A DNA stretch of 64,000 nt, taken from assembly GCA_003223645.1 (NCBI GenBank), contig QHVT01000004.1, positions 59,334 through 123,333 on the forward strand, read 5' to 3'. Of the stretch, positions 39,857 to 49,949 are shown one piece after another (within the stretch, counting starts at the first letter, position 1; every line of letters starts with the position of its first letter). The notes beneath the pieces are model-generated. The model saw nothing but the letters and a program-made list of their open reading frames with translations. It searched no databases and was not told the DNA's origin. A program made the translations under genes and the position numbers. Source of the stretch: Acidobacteriota bacterium. Its GTDB lineage: Bacteria; Acidobacteriota; Thermoanaerobaculia; Gp7-AA8.

Positions 39857-40866
39857 CCGGAACGGCCGGCAGCGTTGGTTGGCCAAGCCTTCTTGCCAGG
39901 CGTTCGCACGTCGGAGTGCTTTCCGCCGCGCAGATGCCTGGGCTGCATCCACGCACACTTGCCGTTCGAGTCGATCACCTTCGCGCGCACGTACAGCTCG
40001 TTGCCGCGAAAGGCGTACGTCGCGCTTGTTCCCGCCGACTCTGAAAGCACGCGTCCGTTCGCGCCGATGAACTGGATGCGATAGCGCGCGTCGTTCTTCG
40101 CGTGCACCTTCACCGTCATCGACTTCGCGTCGACGGCGTAGTCTTCCAGCTCGACGCCGGTCGACGCATAGAAGTCGCCGCGCTCGATCGCGCCGAGGAT
40201 CGCCTTCGCGCTGCGCTCGTCCGCGTGCACGACGATCCACGCCTGTCCCGGCGGACGCGGATCTTTGTCCTCCGGCTTGAAGGTGTGCGAGTCGTCGACG
40301 CCAATCGCCCAGATGCGCTTGCCCGCGGTCAACAGCTTGTCCCACATCTCCTCGACCGACGGCGGTCCCTGCATGTTCACGTACGGATGTCCGCTCGCGA
40401 TCTCGAGCAGCGTCGCGCGCTCGACTTTCAGCAGTTCGTCAGCGCCGAACGCCCAGCCGAAGTTCGGATGATTGATCGCCGGAATCGCGCCGGCCGCGCG
40501 CACCGCGTCGACGTTCTTCTGCAGGTTCTCGACGATCGTCGCACCATGCTGCGGCTTGATCGCCTCTTCGAGGCCGATCGCGCAGACGTGCAGCGGTTTC
40601 TTCGGCAATCGATCGGTGACTTCTTCGCCGGGGATCATCAGCATGCCGCCGCCGTCGACACGCGTGACTTTGTCGTGATCGGTAATCACGAGAAAGTCGT
40701 AGCCGTGCTCGCGGTACCACTTCACGGTGTCGGCGGGCGAAGAATCGCCGTCGCTCTCCAGCGTGTGCGTGTGCGTGTTGCCCTTCAGCCACGCCGCATG
40801 CAGCGGCGCACACGCGAGGAATGCGAGAATGAAAATTACAGGAGGCCCGATGCGTCGCACGTTCAT
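39853..40866 (-). CDS. PHP-domain metal-dependent phosphoesterase with signal peptide
   Basis: ATG at 40866 (MNVRRIGPPVIFILAFLACAPLHAAWLKGNTHTHTLESDGD...VITDHD). PHP His/Asp motifs. Confidence 0.8.
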   Translation of the reverse strand: MNVRRIGPPVIFILAFLACAPLHAAWLKGNTHTHTLESDGDSSPADTVKWYREHGYDFLVITDHDKVTRVDGGGMLMIPGEEVTDRLPKKPLHVCAIGLEEAIKPQHGATIVENLQKNVDAVRAAGAIPAINHPNFGWAFGADELLKVERATLLEIASGHPYVNMQGPPSVEEMWDKLLTAGKRIWAIGVDDSHTFKPEDKDPRPPGQAWIVVHADERSAKAILGAIERGDFYASTGVELEDYAVDAKSMTVKVHAKNDARYRIQFIGANGRVLSESAGTSATYAFRGNELYVRAKVIDSNGKCAWMQPRHLRGGKHSDVRTPGKKAWPTNAAGRSG

Positions 40867-41509
40867 CTTCGTTCTTACTCTACTCGTCTGCGCGCCGCTC
40901 TTTGCGCAGGAAGCGAAATCGCAGGAGATCACGCCCGCCCAACTCTGGACGATCCTCGAGGCGGGGAACAAAACCTTCGTCGCCGGCAGCATCGCGTACA
41001 CGCAGCTCAAGACCGAGCGCTCGCAGCTCGCCGCTTATCAATCGCCGCCCGTGACGATCCTCTCGTGCTCCGACAGCCGCGTGCCGCCGGAGCTGATCTT
41101 CAATCAGTCGCTCGGCACCTTGTTCGTGATTCGCAGCGCGGGCAACGTCGTCGACGACTTCGGCATCGCGTCGATCGAATACGCAATCGCGCAGGGCTAC
41201 ACGAAACTGATCGTCGTCCTCGGCCACTCCAGCTGCGGCGCCGTGGTCGCCTCACTGGGCGGCGCTGATCCGGCAACGCCAGCGCTAACCGCGCTGGCGA
41301 TGCGCATCCGCTCCTCGTTCGTCGGCATTCCGTATGACTCACGCGACCCGAAGAACGTGCAGCGGGCGGTCGAAATGAACGCGAAAGCGGCAGCAGTATC
41401 GCTGCTTGCACGCAGCAAACTGATTCGCGATGCGGTCTTGACGGAGAAGGTGAAGATTGTGACGGCGAACTACGACTTGAGCACCGGAGAGGTGAAGCGC
41501 GTCGATTGA
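40850..41509 (+). CDS. Beta-class carbonic anhydrase with signal peptide
   Basis: ggagg RBS, MRRTFIFVLTLLVCAPLFAQ signal. CSDSRV and HSSCGA zinc-ligand motifs. Confidence 0.85.
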   Translation: MRRTFIFVLTLLVCAPLFAQEAKSQEITPAQLWTILEAGNKTFVAGSIAYTQLKTERSQLAAYQSPPVTILSCSDSRVPPELIFNQSLGTLFVIRSAGNVVDDFGIASIEYAIAQGYTKLIVVLGHSSCGAVVASLGGADPATPALTALAMRIRSSFVGIPYDSRDPKNVQRAVEMNAKAAAVSLLARSKLIRDAVLTEKVKIVTANYDLSTGEVKRVD

Positions 41510-41514
41510 TCTGG

Positions 41515-41830
41515 GATTCAACGCCGGGATTCCGGGATTCATCCCATGAGCTCTGGGATCGATCCCATGATTTCTGGCATCGATCCCATGAGCTCCGGGA
41601 TCGATCCCATGATTTCTGGCATCGATCCCATGATTTCTGGCATTGATCCCATGATTTCTGGGATCGATGCCATAGATTCTGGCATCGATCCCATAGATTC
41701 TGGGATTCATGCCAGAAATTCTGGGATTCATCCCATAGATTCTGGGATTGATCCCATGAGTTCTGGGATTCATGCCAGGATTCTGGGATTCATGCCAGGA
41801 TTCTGGTATTCGTCCCAGGATTGGGATTGT
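41515..41830. repeat. Tandem array of ~14 degenerate 21-bp units (gatYcatcccatgaKttctgg) between carbonic anhydrase and sucD
   Basis: Direct reading of gatcccatgatttctggcatc gatcccatgagctccgggatc ... . Units are 21 bp (two helical turns) and the region is non-coding between convergent genes. Confidence 0.85.
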
Positions 41831-42712
41831 CTATGAGGCTCTTCCCCGCCATACCTCTTCGAGCTTCTTCCCCATGTCGCTCGGCGCCTGGACGACGTGA
41901 ATGCCGGCCGCGCTCAGCGCGTCCATTTTTTCCGCCGCCGTTCCCTTGCCGCCGCTGATGATCGCGCCGGCGTGGCCCATGCGCCGTCCCGGAGGCGCGG
42001 TCTGCCCGGCGATGAACGCGACGACCGGCTTCGTCACATTCGCTTTCACGAATGCGGCCGCGTCTTCTTCCGCCGATCCGCCGATCTCGCCGATCATGAT
42101 GATCGCTTCCGTCGCATCGTCGGCCTGGAACGCCGCGAGGCAGTCGATGAAGTTCGTGCCCGGCAGCGGATCGCCGCCGATGCCGACCGCGGTCGACTGT
42201 CCGATGGTGCGCGTCTGCCCGACCGCCTCGTACGTCAGTGTTCCGGAGCGCGACACGATCCCGATCGGTCCCGGCTTGTGAATGTGTCCCGGCATGATCC
42301 CGATCTTGGCCTGCCCCGGCGTGATGATGCCGGGACAATTCGGTCCGATGAGGCGCGATCCCGTTCCGTGCTTCTTCAGAAAATCGTGCGCCTTCATCAT
42401 GTCGTTCACCGGAATGCCCTCGGTGATGCAGACGATCAATTCGATTCCGGCGTCGGCGGCCTCCATGATCGCGTCGGCCGCGAATGGCGGCGGCACGAAG
42501 ATCAGCGAGCAGTTCGCGCCCGCTTTCTCGCGCGCTTCCTTCACGTTGTTGAAGACCGGAAATCCCTCGTGCGTCGTTCCGCCCTTGCCCGGCGTCACGC
42601 CGCCGACGACCTGCGTTCCATAGTCGCGGCACTGGATCGCGTGGAACGTCCCCTCGCGGCCGGTGATGCCTTGAACGATGACCTTCGTGTCCTTGTCAGC
42701 CCAGATCGCCAT
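41831..42712 (-). CDS. sucD: Succinyl-CoA ligase subunit alpha
   Basis: 293 aa. [11 protein letters not shown], phospho-His region SRSGTLTYE, CoA-binding motifs. Confidence 0.95.
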   Translation of the reverse strand: MAIWADKDTKVIVQGITGREGTFHAIQCRDYGTQVVGGVTPGKGGTTHEGFPVFNNVKEAREKAGANCSLIFVPPPFAADAIMEAADAGIELIVCITEGIPVNDMMKAHDFLKKHGTGSRLIGPNCPGIITPGQAKIGIMPGHIHKPGPIGIVSRSGTLTYEAVGQTRTIGQSTAVGIGGDPLPGTNFIDCLAAFQADDATEAIIMIGEIGGSAEEDAAAFVKANVTKPVVAFIAGQTAPPGRRMGHAGAIISGGKGTAAEKMDALSAAGIHVVQAPSDMGKKLEEVWRGRAS

Positions 42713-42720
42713 TTCATCTC

Positions 42721-42832
42721 CATGTCATCCCGAGCGTGAGCGAGGGACCTGGGCGGGTGGGGCGCGCTGCATGTTCTTCGCAGCCCCACCCACCCAGGTC
42801 CCTCGCTCACGCTCGGGATGACATCGTTTTAT
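42721..42832. mobile_element. MITE-like ~105-bp perfect palindrome (gtcatcccgagcgtgagcgagggacctgggcgggtggggc ... gccccacccacccaggtccctcgctcacgctcgggatgac), intergenic copy between sucD and sucC
   Basis: ~40-bp arms that are exact reverse complements, with a ~20-nt loop. A second copy lies at 44488-44584. Confidence 0.8.
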
Positions 42833-43992
42833 CTTCCCTTCGCAGCCGCGACGACTTTCTGTGCCGCGTCCCACATTCCGTCCGCCGTGATCAGCGGCAG
42901 CCCCGAGTCCTTCAAAATCTGCTTGCCCAACTCGACGTTCGTGCCTTCGAGACGGACAACGACCGGCACCGGCAGTCCGACTTCGCGCGACGCGCTCACG
43001 ACGCCTTCCGCGATGCGATCGCCGCGCATGATGCCGCCGAAGATGTTGATCAGGATCGCCTTCACGTTCTTGTCGCTGAGGATGATGCGGAACGCGTTCT
43101 TCACCTGTTCCGCGCTCGCGCCGCCGCCGACGTCGAGGAAGTTCGCGGGCTCGCTGCCGGCGAGCTTGATGATGTCCATCGTCGCCATTGCCAGCCCCGC
43201 GCCGTTGACCATGCAGCCGACGTTTCCGTCGAGCTTGATGTAGTTGAGTCCGAATTTCGACGCCTCGACTTCCAGCGGATCTTCTTCGTTGAGATCGCGC
43301 ATCTCAACGACGTCCTTGTGCCGGAACAGCGCGTTGTCATCGAAGTTCATCTTGCAGTCGAGCGCGAGGACGTCGCCTTCCTTCGTCAGCAGCAGCGGAT
43401 TGATCTCCGCCAGCGACGCGTCGGTCTCGATGTACGCGCGCATCAGCTTCTGCACGAAGTCGACGCATTTCTTGAACGAGTCGCCGGTGAGTCCCAGCGC
43501 GTTCGCGACCGCGCGCGCCTGGAACGGCTGCACGCCGAGAACGCTGTCGACCGCCTCGCGATGAATCGCGTTCGGATCGTGCGCGGCGACTTCTTCGATG
43601 TCCATGCCGCCCTGCGCGGAGGCCATGATCACGTTCGCGCCGCGGGCGCGGTCGAGCGTGATGCCGAGGTAGAGCTCCTTGTCGATGTTGAGCGCTTCTT
43701 CGATCAGCACCTTGTGCACGACGCGCCCCTCGGGGCCGGTCTGGTGCGTCACGAGCGTCATTCCGATCATCTTCTTCGTCAGTTCGGACGCCTCGTCGGC
43801 GTCCTTCGCGAGCTTCACTCCGCCGCCCTTGCCGCGGCCGCCCGCGTGGATCTGCGCCTTCACGACGACGCGTCCACCGAGGTCCTTCGCAGCCTGGCGA
43901 GCCTCGTCGGGAGTCGTCACCACGACGCCGCGCGGAGTCGGAACTCCGTAGCGCCGCAGGATCTCTTTTGCCTGATACTCGTGGACTTTCAT
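42829..43992 (-). CDS. sucC: Succinyl-CoA ligase subunit beta
   Basis: 387 aa. [15 protein letters not shown]-grasp, GGxGKGGGV. Confidence 0.95.
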   Translation of the reverse strand: MKVHEYQAKEILRRYGVPTPRGVVVTTPDEARQAAKDLGGRVVVKAQIHAGGRGKGGGVKLAKDADEASELTKKMIGMTLVTHQTGPEGRVVHKVLIEEALNIDKELYLGITLDRARGANVIMASAQGGMDIEEVAAHDPNAIHREAVDSVLGVQPFQARAVANALGLTGDSFKKCVDFVQKLMRAYIETDASLAEINPLLLTKEGDVLALDCKMNFDDNALFRHKDVVEMRDLNEEDPLEVEASKFGLNYIKLDGNVGCMVNGAGLAMATMDIIKLAGSEPANFLDVGGGASAEQVKNAFRIILSDKNVKAILINIFGGIMRGDRIAEGVVSASREVGLPVPVVVRLEGTNVELGKQILKDSGLPLITADGMWDAAQKVVAAAKGR

Positions 43993-44002
43993 AGGGGGCG
44001 CG

Positions 44003-45157
44003 TTGTATCACATCGGAGATCAAGTCGTCGTCGAGCCGACCGCGCTGGTTGCGGGCGGCGCAGCACTCGCGCGCGTAGACGGTTTTCCCATCTTCGCCGT
44101 CAACGTTTTTCCCGGCGACATCGCGCGCGTCGAGCTCGTCGAAGTGAAGAAAGGCTTCGCGCGCGCGGACCTCGTCGAGCTCATCACGCCGAGCCCGTGG
44201 CGGCGAGCGGCACCGTGTCCGATCGCGAGCGAATGCGGCGGCTGCGATTGGACGGCGCTGCGGCTCGACAAACAACTCGAGGCGAAGCGCGGGATTTTGT
44301 TCGAGTCGCTGCGGCGAATCGGGAAGATTCATGACGCGCCGGAGATCACGCTGCATCCGTCCGCGCTCAACTATCGATTGCGATCGCGATTGCATCGCGA
44401 TGGAGATGCGATCGGGTTTTATGCGATGCGCTCGAATCGGGTCGTGCCGTTGGCGGAGGAGTGTGAAGTTGTGGGAGTCAACACCGCTCATGTCATCCCG
44501 AGCGTAGCGAGGGACCTGGGTGGGAGGGGCAACGCATCGCAACCCCACCCGCCCAGGTCCCTCGCTGACGCTCGGGAGGACATCTGGGAGATCGACGGCC
44601 GCGTCATCACAGAAGGCGAGCTCTCCATCGCCGGCTATCGTCTCAACACCGACGCGTTCTTCCAGGTCAACCGCCATCTCCTTCAAACGATGTTGCAGCT
44701 CGTGCAGACGCACGCGTCAGACGTGCGCTCGAAGAAGACAGCGATCGATTTGTACGCGGGCGTCGGCTTCTTCAGCGCGCCGCTCGCGCGGATGTTCGAG
44801 CGCGTGATCGCGGTCGAGGGCTCGCCGGTGTCGGCGCGCTACGCGCGCGTCAACCTGCCGGCGAACGCGAAGGTGATCGAGGCGCCGGTCGAGCGGCACA
44901 TAGCCAAGCTGCCGCCCGCGGAGTTCGTGTTCCTCGATCCGCCACGCGCGGGGACGCGTCCGGAGGTGATCCGTGCGATCGCGGAGCGGACGAAAGAAAA
45001 GATTGCGTACCTGTCGTGCGATCCCGTAACCTTCGCGCGTGACGCGAGCCGGCTGATCGCGTCGGGTTGGCGTCTGTCGACCCTCGACCTGCTCGACCTT
45101 TTCCCCAATACCCATCACGTCGAGACGCTCTCCTCGTTCGAGCGTGCGCAAACATGA
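44003..45157 (+). CDS. 23S rRNA (uracil-5-)-methyltransferase RlmD/RumA family (TRAM + 4Fe-4S + SAM MTase), carrying an in-frame 31-codon palindromic insertion
   Basis: TRAM-like N-terminus, Cys cluster ([12 protein letters not shown]), DAFFQVN hallmark, SAM motifs ([17 protein letters not shown]). Residues ~163-193 ([31 protein letters not shown]) are encoded by the palindromic element. Confidence 0.85.
   Translation: MYHIGDQVVVEPTALVAGGAALARVDGFPIFAVNVFPGDIARVELVEVKKGFARADLVELITPSPWRRAAPCPIASECGGCDWTALRLDKQLEAKRGILFESLRRIGKIHDAPEITLHPSALNYRLRSRLHRDGDAIGFYAMRSNRVVPLAEECEVVGVNTAHVIPSVARDLGGRGNASQPHPPRSLADAREDIWEIDGRVITEGELSIAGYRLNTDAFFQVNRHLLQTMLQLVQTHASDVRSKKTAIDLYAGVGFFSAPLARMFERVIAVEGSPVSARYARVNLPANAKVIEAPVERHIAKLPPAEFVFLDPPRAGTRPEVIRAIAERTKEKIAYLSCDPVTFARDASRLIASGWRLSTLDLLDLFPNTHHVETLSSFERAQT
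44488..44584. mobile_element. Second copy of the MITE-like palindrome, inserted in-frame inside the RlmD/RumA-like CDS
   Basis: gtcatcccgagcgtagcgagggacctgggtgggaggggcaacgcatcgcaaccccacccgcccaggtccctcgctgacgctcgggaggacat. Arms match the 42721 copy with a few substitutions. Length ~93 bp (31 codons), and the reading frame of the flanking gene is preserved. Confidence 0.8.
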
Positions 45158-47252
45158 TGTCCCTGCTGCCCTTGCACTGATCGGTTTGATCGCCGGACTC
45201 GCAATCGGTCCGGTTCTCGTCAATCCATTGTTCGCGGTGATCGGCCTCGTGCTGATCTCTCCGCGCGTCGGCCGCTGCGCTCTCTTCGCCGCGATCGGCA
45301 TCCTGCTGTCGCTGCATCACGCGAAGCTGCCGGCGTTCGCGGAGGATCGGTTCACGATCATCGAAGCGCCGATCGAGCACGACTGGCGTCAGCGCGGCGA
45401 TTCGTTCGCGCTGCTGTCCTCTCGTTTCTGCGCAGACGGCGTGGAGGTGAACGCGCCGATTGCGATCTACGCGCGTTTTGAACCGCAGACGATCGCGATG
45501 GAGAAGTTCGTGCGCGCGGAAGCGTTCGTGCGGCTGAACGAGCACGGTGAATATGTGGCGAGCGTGAAGGCGCAGCCGCTGCTCGCGTACGAAGAAACGC
45601 TGCCGCGATGGCAGCCGGCGGCGTGGAATCGCATTCTCGCCAATCGACTCCGCCCGCACATTCGCGAGCATCCGCTCGCCGTCGCTCTCGCCGAGGCGCT
45701 GGTCCTCGGGCGCGGCGAACTGCTCGATGATGCGCTGCGCGACAGCTACCGGCGCGGCGGCACATATCACCTGCTCGTCTTCTCGGGACTCCAGATCGCG
45801 TTTGCCGCGGCCGTGCTCGCACTGCTGCTGCGCTGGCTGCACAAGCCGCGCGCCGCCGACTGGCTGCTGCTGGTCTTCTCGATCCTCGCACCGCTTTTCA
45901 TCGGCCCGACGTCGTCCGTCTCGCGCGCGAGCATCGGCATCGGCCTTTACGCACTCTCGCGCATCTGCAAACGCCCGACGTCAATCGAGAACCTCTGGTG
46001 CGTGGCCGCGATCGCGCGCCTCCTCATCGCGCCGCACGACCTCACCGACGCCGCGTTTCATCTGACCTATGCCGGCGCCGGCGCGCTGCTGTTCATCGGC
46101 AACCACTTCTCGAAGCGCCGCTGGCTCGCCTCGATCGTCGCCGCCGAAACGGTGCTGACGCCCCTCACCCTCTTTCACTTCCACCAATTCGCCCTCGGCG
46201 GCGCACTGCTCACCTTGATCATGTCGCCGCTCATCTTCGCGATGCTCATCGTCTCCGCGCTCGCGTGCGCGTTTCCGTGCGACGCGCTCTTCGCGATCAT
46301 CGGCGCCCTTCACTCCGCGTGCGCGTTCCTCAATCGATTTGGCGCGTCCGGCTTCTTCACCAGGCCGCCTCTCGCTGCGCTCGTTCTCGGCGCGTCGTTT
46401 GCGCTGATCGCGGTCGCATTCTTCCGCGAACGCAGGCGCGCGTTCGCGATCGTGCTGGCGATGTTGATTCCGAGCGTCGCCGCGATCGTCGCGTTCAAGC
46501 GCGAGCACCGCGTCGATCATCCCCGCGTCACGTTTCTCGACGTCGGGCAAGGCGACTCGATCGTGATTCGCTCCGGCACACACAACATCCTCGTCGATGG
46601 CGGTCCATCGCGACACGTGCTGTCACTCCTTGCCGATCGCGGCATTCGCACGTTGGACGCGGCGATCCTCACGCACGCCGATCTCGATCACTGCGAAGGT
46701 CTCGTCGAAGTCATCCAGCACCTCGACGTGCGCTCGGTCTGGGTCTCGCCGCGCAGCTTCCACGGCGACTGCGCCGTGCATCTGCTCGAAGTCACGCGCG
46801 TGCCAATCCACCTGACGCGCGACGGCGACATGCTCTCGCTCGATGGCGTTCGCGTCACCGCGTTCGTCACCGATCATCAGTTCCGCCGCCACCGGTTGAA
46901 CAATGCGTCAACCGTGCTTCGCGTGGACATCGGCAAGCGCCGGGTCCTCCTCACCGCCGACATCGAGCACGAGACGGAGATCATCCTCGAAGATCGCGAT
47001 CTGCACGCGGACGTGCTGAAGGTCGCGCATCACGGCAGCAAGACCTCGACGTCGCCGAACTTCCTCGAGCTCGTCGCGCCGCGCATCGCCGTCATCTCGT
47101 GTGGCCGCCGCAACCTGTTCGGACATCCGCATCCGTCGACGCTGCGCACGTTGGCCGAGGCGAATGTGCGCACGTGGCGCACCGATCGCGACGGCTCGAT
47201 CGACGTCGACGTGCGCGGCGCGAGGTTGTACGTGAGCGCGCGAACAGATTAG
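45144..47252 (+). CDS. comEC: DNA internalization competence protein ComEC/Rec2 (DUF4131 + competence + metallo-beta-lactamase domains)
   Basis: Polytopic membrane N-region, then HADLDHCEG...VAHHGS metallo-beta-lactamase motifs. GTG start overlaps the upstream gene's end. Confidence 0.85.
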   Translation: MRKHDVPAALALIGLIAGLAIGPVLVNPLFAVIGLVLISPRVGRCALFAAIGILLSLHHAKLPAFAEDRFTIIEAPIEHDWRQRGDSFALLSSRFCADGVEVNAPIAIYARFEPQTIAMEKFVRAEAFVRLNEHGEYVASVKAQPLLAYEETLPRWQPAAWNRILANRLRPHIREHPLAVALAEALVLGRGELLDDALRDSYRRGGTYHLLVFSGLQIAFAAAVLALLLRWLHKPRAADWLLLVFSILAPLFIGPTSSVSRASIGIGLYALSRICKRPTSIENLWCVAAIARLLIAPHDLTDAAFHLTYAGAGALLFIGNHFSKRRWLASIVAAETVLTPLTLFHFHQFALGGALLTLIMSPLIFAMLIVSALACAFPCDALFAIIGALHSACAFLNRFGASGFFTRPPLAALVLGASFALIAVAFFRERRRAFAIVLAMLIPSVAAIVAFKREHRVDHPRVTFLDVGQGDSIVIRSGTHNILVDGGPSRHVLSLLADRGIRTLDAAILTHADLDHCEGLVEVIQHLDVRSVWVSPRSFHGDCAVHLLEVTRVPIHLTRDGDMLSLDGVRVTAFVTDHQFRRHRLNNASTVLRVDIGKRRVLLTADIEHETEIILEDRDLHADVLKVAHHGSKTSTSPNFLELVAPRIAVISCGRRNLFGHPHPSTLRTLAEANVRTWRTDRDGSIDVDVRGARLYVSARTD

Positions 47253-47253
47253 A

Positions 47254-47598
47254 GTGAAGGTCGAGCACGAAATGTCTGCGACGCTACTGCGGCTGGGTTT
47301 GTGGACGATGATTCTCGCGCTCGCGCTCTACGTGATCGACGAGACGTTCCCCGACCAGCCGATCGGCGACATCATCTCGACGTCACTCCTCACCCAAATC
47401 ATGCTCGTCGCCGGTGGCGCGATCGCCGCCGGCTTCCTGCTGCATTTCTTCGGGAAAGGCGCAGCCGCCGTAGGCAAAAACCGCTGCCGCGTTTGCAAGA
47501 CGCCCATCCCTCATGGCGCGATTTACTGTCGAGCGCACTTGCGCAACATATTGCACCAGGAAGACGACAAAACGCATTCGACGCGCCTGCGGCGGTGA
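47254..47598 (+). CDS. Small membrane protein with C-terminal Cys/His zinc-ribbon-like motif
   Basis: Two TM segments then CRVCKTPIPHGAIYCRAH. Stop overlaps the miaA GTG (GTGA). Confidence 0.45.
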   Translation: MKVEHEMSATLLRLGLWTMILALALYVIDETFPDQPIGDIISTSLLTQIMLVAGGAIAAGFLLHFFGKGAAAVGKNRCRVCKTPIPHGAIYCRAHLRNILHQEDDKTHSTRLRR

Positions 47599-48494
47599 AG
47601 CCGATCCTCCTCGCCGGCCCCACCGGCACCGGTAAATCATGGCTGGCAATTGAGTTAGCCAAAGCCATCGGCGGAGAGATCATCAACTACGACTCTGTTC
47701 AGATCTATCGCGGCTTCGACATCGGCAGCGCGAAACCGGCCGCCGATGAACGGCAAGCCGTTCCCCATCATCTATTTGACATCGTCGATGCCGATGAGGA
47801 GTTCAATGCCGCCGAGTACGGGAAAGTCGCACGTGTCTTGTGCAGTAAATTGCACACACCGGTGATCTTCGTCGGCGGGACGTTCTTCTACCTCCGCGCG
47901 TTTCTGAGCGGCCTGCCGGAGATGCCGGGACGGGATGAAGCGATTCGCACGCGGCTCCGTGCGATCGCGAAAACGGAACGCGGACGCGAGCGGCTGCATC
48001 GCTGGCTGTCGAAAATTGATCCGCGAAGTGGTAGAAAGATCGCGTTGGGTGACCGGCATCGCGTGGAACGAGCGTTGGAGGTTTGGCTGATCGGCGGCAG
48101 GCCGATCTCGAGCTGGGAGCGCGGCAGCGAAGACGAGCTGCCGTCGATCAAGATCGCGCTGTCGCTCGACCGTGCGCGTCTCAACGAAGTGCTCGACCGC
48201 CGCGTCGACGCGATGTTCGCCTCCGGCCTGCTCGAAGAGACGCGCGGACTGCTCGCGCGCTTCCCCGCCACCGCCCGCCCGTTCGGCACGATCGGCTACA
48301 AAGAAGCGGCAGCCGTCGTACGCGGCGAAATGGCACTGGACACCGCGATCGCGGAAACCAAACGCCGCACGCGCGCGTATGCGAAACGGCAGATGACATG
48401 GCTCAGGTCGGAGCGAAATGTGCACTGGCTCGACGCGTCTGACCGGAATGCAATGCTCGCCGCCGCGCTGCGGCTGATCGAGGTAGAGAGTTGA
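47595..48494 (+). CDS. miaA: tRNA dimethylallyltransferase
   Basis: GPTGTGKS P-loop, YDSVQIYRGFDIGSAKP, HHLFD. Confidence 0.9.
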   Translation: MKPILLAGPTGTGKSWLAIELAKAIGGEIINYDSVQIYRGFDIGSAKPAADERQAVPHHLFDIVDADEEFNAAEYGKVARVLCSKLHTPVIFVGGTFFYLRAFLSGLPEMPGRDEAIRTRLRAIAKTERGRERLHRWLSKIDPRSGRKIALGDRHRVERALEVWLIGGRPISSWERGSEDELPSIKIALSLDRARLNEVLDRRVDAMFASGLLEETRGLLARFPATARPFGTIGYKEAAAVVRGEMALDTAIAETKRRTRAYAKRQMTWLRSERNVHWLDASDRNAMLAAALRLIEVES

Positions 48495-48497
48495 GAA

Positions 48498-48660
48498 GAA
48501 GTGGATGGCGGATGGCGGATGGCCTAGGGCGGATGGCGGATGGCGGATGGCAGATGGCGGGTCGCGGATCGCGGATGGCGGGTCACAGACCGTGGTTTTC
48601 TTCCGCCATCCGCCATCTGCCATCTGCCATCCGCAATCTGCCGTCTGCCATCTGCCTCAT
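48498..48660. repeat. Largest heptamer-armed hairpin: (GGATGGCR)n left arm, central segment, (GCCATCYG)n right arm
   Basis: Direct reading. Both arms are >40 bp of GATGGCG/GATGGCA units and their complement. Confidence 0.9.
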
Positions 48661-49888
48661 CGCGCTCGTCGCCGCGAGCTGCACGACCACGACGCCCCCG
48701 CCGCCCGCGGTCACGCCGCAGGGGGAGGATCGGTATCTCATCGATCCGCGAACCGGCTCCGCGGCCGGCGATCCGCTGACGGAGCGCAAGTTCGAAGCGG
48801 CATGGGCAAACATTCTCTCCGGCGATGAAACGGAAGCGCGTCGATTGCTCGACGAGATCCGCCGGAAAAATCCCGCGTACGTTCCCGCCGCGCTCGCGCA
48901 GGCAGTCATCGACATCCACGCGAATCGCTTCGATGAAGCGCTGACCATCGCGAAAAAATACGACACGATCGCCGCGAAAGTGTACGAAGCGGAGATCGCG
49001 CTGCGCGAGAACGATGCGCGCAACGCGCTCACGCTCTATCGCGCCATCGCCGCGCAGCCCGGCGCGCCTTCGACCGCGGGCGAGCGCGTCGCGCAACTCG
49101 AGAACACGATGTACGAGCAGCTCTTCGCATCCGCGAAAACCGCGGCGGACGCGGAGTCGATCGCGCTCCTGCGCGAAGCGCTCACGTACAGACCCGCGGC
49201 GGTCGAGCCGCGCATTCTGCTCGCGCGCAGGCTCGTCACGCAGCGCGCGTTCGATGAAGCGCGGCGCGAGCTCGATCCGCTCCTCAACAGCGCCGAAGTC
49301 GACCGCCCCGAAGTGCAGGAACTGCTCGCGGAGATCGACGTCGGACGCGGCCGCTTTCAGGAAGCGATCGTGCGCTACGACCGGCTCGCGCGCCGCACCA
49401 AAGAGCCGCGCTACCAGCAGCGCCTCGACGAGATCAAGTCGGAATGGAGCAGCGCCAACATGCCCGCGGACTATCGCGCTGCGCTCGACAGCCCCGCGAT
49501 CACGCGCGCCGACTTCGCCATCCTTCTCTACTGGTCCGTCCCCTCGATCCGCTTCGCCCGCAACCTCGGCACGCCGCCGATCGCCGTCGACATCGAAGAC
49601 GTTGCCGGCCGCGACGAGATCGTCCGCGCGATCGCCATCGGCGTCTTCGACGTCGATCCCGTCACGCGACGCGTCGGCCCGACGCGCACTGTCACGGCCG
49701 AACGCCTCTCGCGCCACCTCGCGCGCGTGCTGCAACTCCGCGGCGCCGCCTGCGCGCGTGGCGTGACGATCGACAAAGTGCTCCCGGCCTGCGGCGTGAA
49801 CGACCCGCTCGCAACGATGCCGCCCGACGCGCTCGTGAGCGGACGCGATGCGAAGGCGCTGTTGGATCAAGTCGCGAAACAGCTCTAG
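48575..49888 (+). CDS. Hypothetical lipoprotein with helical/TPR-like N-terminal region
   Basis: Candidate ATG at 48575 lies inside the hairpin. The right arm encodes ...SAIRHLPSAIRNLPSAICLIALVAASC (lipobox-like VAASC). No recognisable catalytic motifs; the start is uncertain. Confidence 0.45.
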   Translation: MAGHRPWFSSAIRHLPSAIRNLPSAICLIALVAASCTTTTPPPPAVTPQGEDRYLIDPRTGSAAGDPLTERKFEAAWANILSGDETEARRLLDEIRRKNPAYVPAALAQAVIDIHANRFDEALTIAKKYDTIAAKVYEAEIALRENDARNALTLYRAIAAQPGAPSTAGERVAQLENTMYEQLFASAKTAADAESIALLREALTYRPAAVEPRILLARRLVTQRAFDEARRELDPLLNSAEVDRPEVQELLAEIDVGRGRFQEAIVRYDRLARRTKEPRYQQRLDEIKSEWSSANMPADYRAALDSPAITRADFAILLYWSVPSIRFARNLGTPPIAVDIEDVAGRDEIVRAIAIGVFDVDPVTRRVGPTRTVTAERLSRHLARVLQLRGAACARGVTIDKVLPACGVNDPLATMPPDALVSGRDAKALLDQVAKQL

Positions 49889-49949
49889 CGTCCTGGTGTG
49901 GGACAGGCTTTCCAGCCTGTCCTCCGGGGCGCAGGCTGGAAAGCCTGCG

